Source: Marsupella aquatica (taxonomy: Eukaryota; Plantae; Marchantiophyta). Taken from it: a stretch of 64,000 bases of DNA. The DNA lies in assembly GCA_973895155.1 (NCBI GenBank), contig OZ316891.1, forward strand, positions 2,803,801 through 2,867,800, in the 5' to 3' direction. Positions 26,582-40,409 of this stretch are shown one piece after another. The notes under the pieces were generated by a model. That model had not been told where the DNA came from. It searched no databases and worked only from the letters and a program-made list of their open reading frames with translations. Made by a program: the position numbers and the translations under genes. Position 1 is the stretch's first letter, and each line of letters begins with the position of its first letter.

Positions 26582-28673
26582 TGACCCGTTGGAGTCTAAT
26601 ATCAACTTTTTGTTCAATCCTTCGAAAAGTAAACGCTGAGCAAGTATCTTTTCAGCTTGGGATATGGTCACAAACTATTTTCTCCAATGACGGCTGGGCA
26701 AAGAGGTGCATGCTTTCTGAGTCTATGCCAAACGTCGGCACACATCCTAGTTGACAATTCTCACCAGTTTACCATCATGGGTACATTCGAGAGAAACCAG
26801 GCTTGGTCTTTCTCTCCGGAACTCATGACTTCTACATGAATAAAGCAGGAAGGAATTGTTTCGAATCAAAATCTTTCAATTTGTTTCTTGTCGATTGAAA
26901 CACCTGGCCACAGGAGCGTTATCGATCCTCTATTATGGTACATCAATAGACAACCGACTAGAAGAAGGTAGTCGCTGCAATCGGAGGAATTGAGGAGGAA
27001 TATTTACTCTACCTGAACAAGTTCGTGAACTCGTATGATTTGACAGTCGACGCCTCTAATAATACAAACTTTCCTGTCCCCTTGGCCGCGGATTCACTTT
27101 TAAGCTCTTTGGTCCAGTACACGTATTATGTGGGCCATATGAATGGGCAAGGCTTTTGTAAAGCGCCCCCTTTCAGAGAACCTGTTGGCGCGGAAGGGAT
27201 TTGTGGGCCAGGTAGGACATCCCGGACCCAGCTCCGTGCGCTCTATTGTAAATCTGAGAATAAATAGGCAGGCAATGGAGTTAGGTTGCTCGCGCTCCTC
27301 CTGCGCAGCCCGATGTTGTAAATTCAAAACTGCAGCTGGGCTACAAGAATTGACAAAAGTGAAAGCTTCTGAGAAGTTAGACAATCTTGCAGCGCTACGT
27401 GTAATGCAGTACTCCGGAGGGCTTACTTTCGTTGCACTCATTTGCAGTGCTTTCTCTCGACCTGTGTTCAAGCAATCTATGGTCATGGTCAGCACTCCCA
27501 ACTCTTCGGACTTGAATGTCGTTGGGGGAGCCGACTCCTCTCTTATTCGTGCTGCGTCTTTTCCTTTCCAGAGCCTGGAATTTAGTCAGTCGCTATGAGA
27601 ATTTCTGTGTCTCCCGAAAGCAGCTTCAGGCAATTTCTAGGCTGGATTTTCGTCTGCTGTGGGGATGCTTGGACGATTTAGCGGTGTTTGTTTGACCCGG
27701 CATATAGAACAGTGTGAGTGGACTAGCAATTGTTTTTTTCGTGCCGCTTAGAACCAATCATTCCAGAACAGTATTTCTCGTAGCCACTTAGAACTTGAAT
27801 AGTTAGTCAAGTTATAGACTAGTTTTGAGATTATGAGTTGAAAGGCCTCCTTCTGTAGAAATGCAAGTAATTTGAGTTAACCTAGACTTGCATACCGAGT
27901 ACGAAACGTTGGCCACAACTCCATTGGAACGACTTGCGACTTGCCAACGCAGCGCTTTCCGCCATCAAGCATTGCTTCACCGACGACGAGCAAGTGCGGA
28001 CAAGTTGCCAGTGATCATATTCAGTTCAACCAGTGAGCAGACTACAGAGTCGAGTCGGAACAAGTGTTCCGACTATTCACAGAGGTCACCAATCATGCTC
28101 CGGGTCTGTTCAATGAGGATCGACACTGAAATTCCACAAGCCAGCAATCTTTCCCAGCACCCAATATGCCTTGTCCCAATCTGTGGAGGGATAGTGATAA
28201 CATAGACATCCGCTGGAAATTTTTTCCTCAAAAGAATCCTTTGGGGTTAGGGGTTTCAGAGTGACCAGAACGTAGCATCACCAAATTCCGACATTTCAGA
28301 GACATACAGTGAAATAGGGCTTGGGCATAATAAGCAAGCAAACAATCAGAGTGACTTCATAATGAATAAGTGAAAAATTACTTAAGAATTCCTCAGTCAC
28401 CCCATGCCAATTTGCCACATGTGTGCAAGAACAAAGACAACGTGCACTTCGGTCAAAGTTCCCGAACGAGGGCCCTCCTTCAGCCTGGCCGGGCCTAACA
28501 TGAACAAAGATTGTGAACCAACTTCCTTTACGTCACAATAACAATTCTTTGTTCAGAGGATTTTTTTCAGAAAAAGCCTCTGTTGATTATCTCTTCGCAC
28601 CTACTATACCTTCGTCTACTGACATTAAAGCACTGGCTATCAAAATTATGGAGGTAGGAAATTCTTCCGAAAC

Positions 28674-29438
<765 letters not shown>

Positions 29439-29663
29439 GGCCAATTCGAGCTTCTACACAATTGCTCCTGGCGAGCGAGCGAGCAATCGATTAGTCGATC
29501 GAAGGCCCCTCTTCGAGCAAAAGAGAGAAAGATCGAGGGGGCCGCCGAGCTAGTAGGGTATCGAGGAATCGACCGCAAAAGGAAGAGAATGTGGGCGAAA
29601 TCGATTACAAAAGGAAGAAAGGCTTCTTTGGAAATAGACGCATAGTGCGTCGAGAGCTCCTGT

Positions 29664-29672
29664 TTAGGGTTT
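29664..29672 (-). promoter_or_regulatory. Telo-box (AAACCCTAA) in the RPS5 promoter/5' region
   Basis: TTAGGGTTT on the + strand, about 230 bp upstream of the RPS5 ATG. Confidence 0.6.
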
Positions 29673-29699
29673 CCTCCCGAGCCAGCGCGCCACCAGACT

Positions 29700-32600
29700 T
29701 GGGTCAGTTCGATTGCCGAGGCTACGTTTAGCCCGAACCTGGTTTACTCGAGCACAGGTTTTTTGTTCTGAAGGAGGGTTCCTTGATGCTCGGATGGGCC
29801 CCCCACATTGGATGTAAGGACTCTGATGTACCAAACACTTGTTTAAGTGGTTTTTTTAGGGTTTCATCCCAAGCCAGGGCACCACTATCAGTTGGAGAGC
29901 CAAGGCCATGTTTAACCCACCATTGTACCCGGTAGCAAAATTTGGTGGATCCAGGTTACTAAAATAAATTTCAAATGTGCTCAAGAAAGCAATAAAGTGC
30001 TCTCTCTTGTCCTCCCCAAACCTGGTGGATAATGGTGGTTCAAAGCTCCGGTGGCCCCAATGCAAAACCTTGCGGATCCAGGTTACTACAATTTATCCAA
30101 AATGTTTTCAAGAAAATAAAATTACACTCTTTTGTCCTCCCCAAACCCTTATGGCCAATGGCGGTTTAATCCAAACCTTGTTTAATGGAGGGGAGGGCTC
30201 ATTGTGCTCAGATGGGCGCGTATTTTATGTAAGGACTCTGATGGACCATTCACTTTTAACGTGGTCTTGTTTTGGGTTTTTCAAGCTGGGGCGAGCGAAC
30301 CACCAGACCCAGTTTGACAGCTGAGGACAGGTTTTAGTTCTCATAGAGGGTTCCTTTATGCCTGGATGGACTCCACATTTGGTGCAAGGACTCTGATTGG
30401 TTGGCCAGGCACTTTTGAGTGGTCTTGCTTAGAATTTCTTCCCTGGGCCAGCATGCCACTCAACAGCAATCCCCATCCAGTGAGATTCAGGCCAGAAGCA
30501 TTGACAATGGAGGTTGTCCTCGTGAGCAGTCCCATCACAATGACACACCACCAAGCTGCATCAGTCGAGAAAAAGAAGAATAACTCTATTCTCACAAACA
30601 CATGTTTGGCCGATATGAAAATTGCTAATATTGTTCTAAACTCTGTTTACCTCACCAGAACCTCAATGTTGCCTGGAAATGAAAGTAGCCCTTCAGTTGA
30701 ATCAATCTTCATCAGATTGTTACAATCACAAAGATTAATAACTAAAGCCTACCTTTCCCACACAAACCCCTGCTCTAGTTTGGATCAAATATCTATGTTT
30801 AATTGCTTCCCATCATTGGTATGAAGAGGGCAGGCATTATTCTATGTATGGAGCATGTGCCATGTCTTCTCCTTGCACCTACCGCCTCATTTCCTCTAAC
30901 CTTTTTGGCCAGAGTCTAAACAGGGTACTTGAATAACCAATCAATGCCATGGCATGAGAAGTATATATGGAGCCAGAGCCAATCCTGAGATGTAACAATA
31001 TAGACCAGGGACCACATAGTTGAAATTCAAACCTGAGTTGAATTCCAGTTAACCGATCCAGTTAACCAAAGTTTGCAGACTAGAGCTTTAGTGGCATCTG
31101 CCTATCTGGTATACTGGCCATGAAGGATAAGCCCAAAAAAAGAAAAAACAATTCCCCAAACCCTGGCAAGGTCCCATCTATTCTTGGATGCTGGATCCAG
31201 GCAACCAATCCTCCATGCCGCATTTTCACAGGGAATTCTTTTACTCCATCATGTTTACAAATAAATGTCAGATCTTCCCAACTATCATCATTTCTTGACT
31301 CACATTCTACAAAGTACAATCAGAACCGACCCATATCACATGATAGACGATACATCTGTACATTGTTGTAGTGGGAACATCAAGGCTTCTAATTGACAAA
31401 TTCTACTGCAGCCAGGTTAAACATTTGTGTTAATGTGGGGTCCTTATCTGAAAGCGGGCCGCTGAACTTTTTATATTCCTCACAATGCCATTTGTTTATC
31501 GGTTAAGGAAATTAAGTCAAGCTAGCTCTTTCGCATCCTATGGCTGTCATCGCATCGAGTTTCTTGATCAGACGGCCCGAGTCTCCCTCAAGGTGACTTT
31601 GACCACCCTTGGGTCAGTTGACCAAGAGGTGGGTCAGGTGATCCAGTCCTCCCAGCCCAGGCTCTGTCCAGGGCCAACCTGCCCTTGCACACGACTCCGT
31701 CTCTGTCCTACACAGGGTGGTGAAAGTCACCTTGAGAGAGGCCGGAGCAGTCCGATCATGGAATTAGGTTTGATGAGAACCATTGGATGTGAATGAGAGC
31801 CATTGGATGTGAGGGAGCTAATTAACCCAAGTTAATTTTCTTTACCTGCAAATGAAAACAATGGCATTATGATAAACAGAAAGAAAATCAATGGCAGGGT
31901 ATCTATTATGCAGAAAATTAAAAGGGGCAATCTAGTAAATCTCAGTTTCGCAATTATTGGTGTTGTAGTATGAAGCTTGGTATGAAGAGCACATTGAACA
32001 ATAATAGTAACTGCATCATCATTATCTCTAAATGATGTGATTGCTAGCACTCATAGTGTAATCGTATAGACTGATAATCTTGCCATATGTGGCAACTTCC
32101 AATTCATATGGGTCAACAGTCTATGTATCTAATTGATTGATGATTGTGCACATAGAAACATACTCTACAGTGAACTTATATTTGGGCCCTGTGAGTCTGG
32201 TGTACTTCTTGAACAACTAAAAGTTATAGGACGACTATAAGTTCTAGCCTAGAATAGAAACATGAGTTCTAGATTTCAGTTTACATTCCTAAATAGTACC
32301 TAGCAGCATATGAGTCAAATGGTTATCAATACTCAATGTCATCCTCTTCGACAACCTGTTCCACTTGGATACTATATTGCACAAGTAAAGTAACCCATGG
32401 CGCTTGTTGACAAGTACTGGCCGTAGTAAGTTTGATTGCATGTAAAATCTCAACTGAATTCACAACTAAACTCCAACAGGTTTTAGTATTTTATTGTAAG
32501 CAGTTTAGTATGTATCTTAGCCTCCACAAATTATGTTCAACAAATATAGTTCATCGAGTCATGTGGCTAAATAGACAGATTTTTGTGGAGTTAGGAGTTT

Positions 32601-33270
32601 GGTATCTATTGGTCAGACAGTTAGAGACCTTCACAAAATTGTGAAATCAAAGAAAAATACATTTCATCCTCTATTTTGGGTGACCAGTCAGAGGAAATTG
32701 AAGTTCTTGAGTACCTTCACATTTGCCAAAATGCTCAGATGAACTTTCACAACTTGGATGAATTGCAGCAAACCCCCTCTAGTTTCTACTCATATGGTAA
32801 GACGGGTATGAGTGAAATATAGCAAGAACACTAGACAACCATCTTTAGAATGCTAAATGAAACAAGTGAGTCACTAAAACTGAGGGTTGGAAACTAAGAT
32901 ATGATATGACAATTTCTTCAGCCCAAAATGCTTATGGTGTTGCTGTTGTGGCATCAATAGTAGATCTTGGACTTGCAGCAGCAAGGGGAAAGGAAGTGGG
33001 AATCCCTAGCATACCAATGGGAATTACAGTAGAGTAATCCTGGTTGAGTTCAAAGTAAACCCATATGCAGAATGGGGGGACAAGTTGGTAAATCTGGTTA
33101 GTTTAGGGGACAGGTCCCTTAAAAAACAAAAACATCCAAGGTCAGTTTGACAGTTGAGGCACATGTAACTCAAACCTGGTTTAGTCAATGACAGGTTTTT
33201 AATAATTATTTGGGTTCCTTGATGCTTGGATGGAGCACAACTTGTAACTTCAAGACTATGATGGACCAGT
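29700..33270. repeat. Dispersed diverged copies of the RPS5-proximal upstream segment
   Basis: GGTCAGTT.GA..G..GAGG...ACAGGTTTT...GGGTTCCTT.ATGC..GGATGG...AAGGACTCTGATG.ACC occurs at ~29700-29830, ~30190-30247 (partial), ~30305-30405 and ~33140-33268. Confidence 0.65.
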
Positions 33271-33890
33271 GTGACAAAACCCCAAATCCGGTAGTAACTT
33301 AGTGATGACTTATAATTGTGTATATAAGCAGAAAGGCAAGTAGGTGTAGCAAAAGTGTTTGGATTTTCAAAGAAAAGTTGGTAGTTCTAATAAATTGATG
33401 TTGCGACCGGAGGCTCCGTAAAAGGGGCTCCCACATTTTCCCTTCACACTCAGTCTGTAGAAGGGGCCCCCACACTTTCTTCCTTCTTTTTTTTCTCTTT
33501 TCTCACTTGTGGGGTTCCCACCCATACCTAAACCTTAAACTCTTTCTTTGTTGTGCTTGCTTTCAACGTGTGTACGGATCCTGATCGTTTGAACATTATA
33601 TTTTTGACCATCTCAAAATCAGGAGTTTACGGGCTTGTTGGAAAGAGCTCACCACGCTGAATCCAATGATGTGTCACACGACCAAAACAAAACTTAGATG
33701 GAGGAGATACAATGGTTCGCATTTTTTAAGAATACGAGAGTTTTGAGGCCGTACAGACGTCCGTACTGGAGGAGGTCCCAGCTTTCCAAGGGAAGGAAGA
33801 AGTAGCAGCACCTACGGGGATCCATGATCTATGTTTTGCAAAGCCGGGGTTGTGTGTTGTACAGATGGAGAGGAAGGAGATGGTGCCCTT

Positions 33891-34171
33891 GGGGGGTTGA
33901 CTATAAAAAATCTTAGGAACCACGTGCGATCCAAAATAGGTATTTTTGATAGAAATTAACTAAATCTTTAAAAAGCGTAGGAGGCAAAAGAAGGTATTAT
34001 AAACTCATGTTTATAGAATATTCTCTAATATATACTTTTTATAAAATGAAATAGGTTATTAATATTGAAAATGGAGAATATTCTTGGAATATTTTCTTTA
34101 TAAAATAGGTATATTTATATTAGGATAGGATCGCACGTGGTACCCCAAAATATACACTTAGTTAACCCCCC
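33891..34171. repeat. Nested inverted repeats around an AT-rich core (foldback/MITE-like)
   Basis: GGGGGGTTGACT (33891) pairs with AGTTAACCCCCC (~34160-34171). GGAACCACGTGCGATCC (33916-33932) pairs with GGATCGCACGTGGTACC (34128-34144). Confidence 0.6.
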
Positions 34172-36611
34172 GAGATGGTGCCCCAATTATTGTAAAACAT
34201 AAATGGCCGTATCTCGATCGTTTGACCTCCGCTTGTGCATCATTTACGAAGCCGTGATCAGGAAGAGCAGGGTTACCCAAGTATTTTTCAGAAGTGAATT
34301 CTGAGAAAATTATATTTTTGACAATTGTTAGGGGCCCCTCTTTTTGCAGCGGACGGTAGTGGCAATCAGGAGGATGGTGATCGATGAACATGGTTGTTCA
34401 TATCTTAGGGATGGTCTGTGACAAATTGACAGACCCAATGCCTTTGGACACCCATACCTCAAGGTGGAAACAATAACATGCTATCCAAGTGAAAGGTGAC
34501 ATTTTTTGTTTTAATTAGGTGATTATTCCAAAAAGAGAGTTAAAGTATCAAAATCATAAAATTTTAAAATTTTAAAGTTTTTATAAGGCCCTTTAAGCAA
34601 ATTTAAGTTAGTATAAGCTCAAATGGGTAAGGATACCATTGGAAGACGTCAAGGCTACTCTGGTTTTCACATATTGGACGTCCATGGCGGCCGGCAGTAG
34701 GGCGCGAGCTTCGACCCTCAGTGCTCACTTGTTAGACCACCATTCGAGCTCATTTCAATTGCTATAGGAGCGCAACTGCCTAGAGAATGTTCACCCCGAT
34801 TCTGAACTGCCATTGATGAGACGTTGAGGAGTATTGGGTCATCGATGCTCTCTGATTTCTTAGAATTGAAGAAATTGCAATTTCAAGAGCTTCACTTGAT
34901 TAAAGCTCCTTCATTTCTATCTCTTTTCAGTTCATTCCTTCTCCCATAGTAACGCAGCTACCTTAGATCCCTGAGATTTCATTCTTGAGCCTCCATGCTT
35001 AACCATTTTTAGGAGGAGAGCTCTAGAGCCTTCTCAGATTTTCTGACACTAGAAGAAACCGGCCCATTCTGAGACCCTGCCTTAAGTGACTCTAATGAGA
35101 CCTTGCAAAATTTGTGACTCCTAGGTTTTGGGTGTCATTATAGTTACAAGTTGTGGACTGAGTTTTGGAGAATTCTTGGGAAGTCATTTCTATAACTATT
35201 GGGGAAGTTGCAACTATAACTAAGTTCAGCCAACAAGAATGAAGTTGTATAAGTGACTCCCTCTACAATAGAGCGTTATATATGTAAGAGAGCCTTAGGG
35301 TTTAACACCACAATCTAACCACATTTGACCCCGCCCAACACATACCATTTAGGATATATCCTAATTTTCTTAGTTGTCAATGGGACTAAAGGAGATGCCC
35401 TCGGGATATTGTGTGAGTACGCAACTCTACAAGGTAAGTAAAGGTCCTTGGTCAATGTCAATGCTAACAGATCTCAAATATATACTCTACATTAGAGTAG
35501 ACTGAATTACAACATATGTATGCCACAAGTTTACAAGTGTTACAACATAACAAAATAATCCCAACTAGCTAGGGTCCCACAATGGCATGCATGTAATATT
35601 AATTGGACTCATTTTTGTGTCTAAATGGGTACATTTGAAGTTATCTCCTTGGTTATCTCTAACTCTCACATATGCAAGGGCAGGTTATTTTTACTTATTG
35701 CACGCCATGCCATGCATACATACCGTCATGTACCCCCTCCACACATTGTTCCATCTAGATTCCTTTAATTAAAGGTTCAAAATCACCAAGAACTGGGAAT
35801 GCAGCTGGAACCTCCATGTACTTGGCATGTCTACATGTTATAATTAGACATATCTGATAATGGCACCCCACACACTATGCTCATGGAATGAGCATAAGAA
35901 CTTGTGACAGTCCTTACCTTAATTAATCAAGCAAGGATCTGACGGTCGTAAACTTAATCAAAGGATGATCTGACGGTTGAAAACAAATATGGGCACATTA
36001 AACCAGGTTTAGGGTTTAATGGATTCCTTCACGCCAACTCCCATTGCGCCTTGGATTCCTTTGGATTTGCGGACGAGGAGCTGATCGCGCATTCTTTGCG
36101 AGGGAAAAAAGGGGGCAGTTTGTCGATCACTAAGGCTGAAGCTGCATTGACAAATTGCAATCCCGACTGCAATGGGAGTAGTAGGAGGCAAGAAGAGCGA
36201 GTTTAGGGTGTTGCATAGACAAAACAGAATGTGAGTCGTAGGCAACATTCAGCCATTGTATGTGTTTAGCATTGATCATAGGCACTGTGGGAGGCACTGC
36301 AGGAGGCGTTTGCCACTGCGCAAGGCACTGTAGGAGGCACTTGTTCCTTCAAGCTGGGAGAGTCAATTTGACGTTCAGCTGCAACCTGGGATCGAGAACC
36401 AGGAGCTTCTCATTGCGGTTTGGTGTGCATTTGGACTGTTCTTGCAAAGTGGGACTCCAGGCCTGGAGACATTGCATTGATCGCCTTTGGATGTACATTG
36501 CAGTCCGACTAGGAGGCTTTCAAGTGGAGCTGGGTTGGAAGTGAGTTGAAGATTGAGTTGCCATCACATTGCAATAGCGGGGGATTGTTGCTCAGCTTCA
36601 CATACTGCTAC

Positions 36612-38162
36612 GGATTACTACGCAGCTTCAGTTTGAGCGGCTTGGTGCTGCATCAGCCCATGTAAGGCTGCAATCCCCTATCTTTGCTATGTGACCTCGC
36701 GGCTGCAAGTTTGGTTGACTTCTCTGTGCTGTGAAGCTGTTTTTGACTCAGGTTCCGGCCAAGTTTCACCAGCGCAAATTTTTCTAAACATGAGTGTGGG
36801 CTACAACTGGTGAGGTGGAAGGGATAAGAAAATGCGCTACCGTCATTGACAACATCTCAACCTTTTACAGTGAGCGCTATTGACATTCGGCCAGCTGTAA
36901 GTGTATTTCAAGCTTGACTTTAACTTGCCATCTGCATGAACCGGCTTGCAATAGATGTTGTAGCTTTTGCTTAGCTGCATTCACCTCCCAAGATGCCCCG
37001 TGACATCCAGGTTTGCACAATGAGATAATAAGGCTGAAATGATAAGGTAGTGATTGCCAATGGATAAAAAGCTTTATGAGAGTTGCTTCAACGTTCAGCT
37101 GCAAACTAGGATTAGGAACCAGGAACTTGTCGCGGCAGTCCAGCTTGTTTACTTGGAGCCGGAGCTGGAGTCAAGTTTCACATGTTTCTTGTTTAGTGAC
37201 AGAGTACTTCTGAGAAATGTGACAGCCCCTGTGAGAGCTTTCGGCACCAGTGAGGTAAAGGGTGTTCTTACTCATGCAATAGTCACTTTGACCTTCTGAG
37301 TTTCAGCAAATTGAGTTTCAAGTGCGGGCACTGAGAGTTGACCTGTTTGAGCTGGGGTCACTGAGAGTTGAGCTCTTTGAGCTACGGTTACAGAGAGTTG
37401 AGCTGTTTGAGATGCGGTCTCATAAGTGAACTAGATCCTCCCCCGTGTAAACGTCTAGCATAGTCACATGTCCAAGCTTTGCTTTTGACTCTGAATATAT
37501 TCACTGTCAACCATTGAAGGAGCTACGTGCATGAATTGTCTACTTATTGGGTTGTTTAGGGATTCAATATACAAAAATGACAACTTGAGTAAGGCAGTCT
37601 ACGGAGGCGCGAAAGAGTCGCGAGGAGTCGAGTTCAGCTACGGCAGTATTCACTTCAGTTGTCTCAATGTGGTTGGCGTGAGCTGCAGGTGAGCTTAGCT
37701 GTGTGCACATTTCATGTAAGTCAGGTGGTCGGTGTTTTAGGCATTGCGGAACTTGATTGACCACCCCATGGCTAAGGTTTAAGGTGCAGACTACAACAAA
37801 CATGTGTTGTTGCTGAAAGTGTTGGTGGTGAGCGACAACTGGTATTGTTTCAGCTAAAGGGAGCACATTGGAGCTTGTGTATCCATGACCTACGACCGAT
37901 TGCGGTTGCCTGCTGTTACAATTGCCGAATCAATCACGCACCCAATCTTGTGGGCAGACACAACTTTGCGGGAGTGTTGAAGGTTTAGGGTGAGCAACAG
38001 CGGAGAGCTCATTGCTTGGTGGCAGGGTTGAAGGTGGATGATCGGGCTGCAAGGCCAACCGGGGACTTGTTTTGCATTGAGCGATTGCTGCGGATTGCTA
38101 CGCAGCTTCAGTTAGGGCGGCTTGGTGCTACATCGGCACAGGTAAGGCTGCAATCCCCTATC
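36612..38162. repeat. Internal direct duplications in the CACTA leader region
   Basis: A ~70 bp segment GGATT.CTACGCAGCTTCAGTT...GTAAGGCTGCAATCCCCTATC occurs at 36612 and 38092. A 30 bp unit C.GAGAGTTGA.CT.TTTGAG occurs three times at ~37331-37420. Confidence 0.75.
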
Positions 38163-38716
38163 GACGCGGACTCACCTCGTGACTGCAAGTATAGTTGTCT
38201 AGGTGATGTATGCATTGCGTGTTTAGGGTCTAGGTGACATCGCTGCTAAGCAAAATTTGTGAGCTGCCTAGGTCCATTGCCGAATGTTGCTTCCTTTAAA
38301 TTACCTGGTGCCTGCTGTTACAATCGCCTGCTCAATCATGCACCCAATCGCCTGGAGCTCATTTGCCTGGAGCTTCATCCGTCAGATTCAAACTGTTATT
38401 GCTGCTCTGCCCTTTTGCCATGGGTTGCCGGCCTACCGGATGCTATCAACAGATTAAGAACAAGTCATATCCTAAGTCCCGGTGTTGCAGTGATGTCCCC
38501 GACCCTAAGATGCTTTCCAAACTCATCTTTCTTGTTTCCTGTTGCTGCTGATGTATGTATGTTCTCCCCTATTTTTGCTTACAGATTGGTCTCTCCACAC
38601 TTCTTGCTTGACATGATTGTTTTGCTCCTCCCTGTATCAGAACATGCCTTGTGCCCGGCGGTGGGGTGGGGGGGTGAACAGACGACCTTAAGGTTCACTA
38701 CATTTCTAGGAACTGT

Positions 38717-38877
38717 GCATCTTTCAGCTGATTTTAGCCGCAAGTTCCCTTGCTTTCCCCTGTTTTTGCTAAGATCCCTCCCACTAATCACATGCATCTT
38801 TCAGCTGATTTTAGCCGCAAGTTCCCTTGCTTTCCCCTGCTTTTGCTAAGATCCCTCCCCACTAATGACATGCATCC
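38717..38877. repeat. Two ~76 bp tandem copies
   Basis: GCATCTTTCAGCTGATTTTAGCCGCAAGTTCCCTTGCTTTCCCCTG.TTTTGCTAAGATCCC..CCCACTAAT.ACAT occurs twice. Confidence 0.9.
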
Positions 38878-40066
38878 TTTACTTTTCTCGGTGGCCCGTG
38901 CGCCTGCCTTCCTACTTTCGTTCTTATGGACTCTCCTTAGGTTTTCATTCACCTGGTTTTGGACTTTTTGCTCCGGTGGAATCTGTCTTGACAACTTGTG
39001 TTTGTTCTAATTGTTAATATCTCAAGAGGGTCGTCAACTAAGCTGAAAGGAGTCAAAGCTAACTACAAGCTAGCAAAATAATACAGAGAATGCTCCCAAG
39101 TCGAGTCAGGAGGAAGTTACTAAAACTAGACCTTCACAACTCTCGAAACTGGAAAGTGAAATTCAGCGTGAGACACGTAGCTGAAGGCCACAAGGATAAC
39201 TATATGGCCACGCTGTCCCCCATTCAAGTCCAAAGTCCTCTTCAGATTGTCTGAACTCCTATTGAATGTATTGAATAATTATTTCATCACAGAAATTTTC
39301 AGAACAAACACGGAAGCACCAGGGGGCTGAGGATTAGGTATTGAGGCTGAAGACATTGAGGTCATAAACTAGGTGTGGTTCGGGTGACAATGTTAGCAAC
39401 TGATGCTTCTTCAGGGGAACTTCCCATGTGCAGTTTATCCACACATGATTGACTTTGGTTCTTGCTGTTTTTCTTTTGGTGTACTCTTGAGTTTGGTGTC
39501 ACTCTATCCTTTCCTGTAGCCTCGAAATAGGAACACACCTGCTTAGTGGTCCCCAATCGCCCAATGATTTATAATGACTGTGTCTAGGTGATGTATGCAT
39601 TGCGTGTTCATTCCAGAAGAATGAATATGTACACTTTGCACAAACCTGGACAGATTTTGAATGTTATTTATCTGAGTTTCTGTTTGTGAGCTCTGACTTG
39701 GAGCCTTAACATTTGTGTTTCTGTGGGGCTGAGCAGAGTTTGTTCAGTCTAGAAGCTGCTGTACTGAAGTGATCAGCCTCCGGCTTGGAGGTGAATCTTC
39801 AATTTTTTGTGGATCCGAGTGACTTCTGTCCAACTGAGTTTTGCTTTGTCGGGACGATTGTGTTTGGCTAAGATGCTAGATTGTGGCTTGTCTTCTTGCT
39901 TCCAGCTTGTGTATTTTCAATTAATAGAAGTTGGGAACGAAGTGATAATTGAATTTCCTTATATTAAGCATCTTCACCTAGAAACTCAATACATAAACTC
40001 CAGGATTCCCTCGGGACATAAAATGAGCCAAATTGTCTCAAAATTGGGAACCTGCACCCGCACTAC

Positions 40067-40409
40067 TCAAACAATTGTGTTGGGCTTGGTGGCCTTGTAA
40101 GTCTTCTTTAGCTTTCGCAATGGAGGTTGAATCTTGCAGTACGTCAAGGGGAACTTGATCTTTGAATCATGGAACTGCTTGGTACTTTCTCGCTTGCACA
40201 GAGAGACAGGGACTGTCGTAGTCTTCATGATCTAGATGCAAGGGAACCGAACTCTATGACAAGAAGCCATCTCATCATACATCTGCTCTGCAGCTCCGTT
40301 TCTTGTGGTATCACAATATTCCTTGTACATGTTGTGATAACCTGTACGACTCTGATACGTGGACCCAGATACCGAAGTTCTTAATTGTGGTGGGCTTCTT
40401 TTTGAAGAT
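40067..40409 (-). pseudogene. RPL18A: Captured last exon of 60S ribosomal protein L18a (eL20), decayed
   Basis: Reads [15 protein letters not shown], then a frameshift, then [70 protein letters not shown]...[15 protein letters not shown]. One frameshift and one internal stop. Confidence 0.9.

Noticed and set aside
27100-27598. Overlapping 151 aa (+) and 133 aa (-) ORFs between the Abitram-like gene and RPS5
   Set aside because: No recognisable domain or convincing exon structure. Could be chance ORFs in UTR or intergenic DNA.
30500-31380. Possible LINE endonuclease remnant on the minus strand
   Set aside because: Only faint resemblance (IYTS, RIELFF). Too degenerate to support.
38259-39010. 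196 aa and adjacent ORFs in the CACTA leader
   Set aside because: Non-ATG starts and no domain. Part of the apparent coding length comes from the 76 bp tandem repeat.
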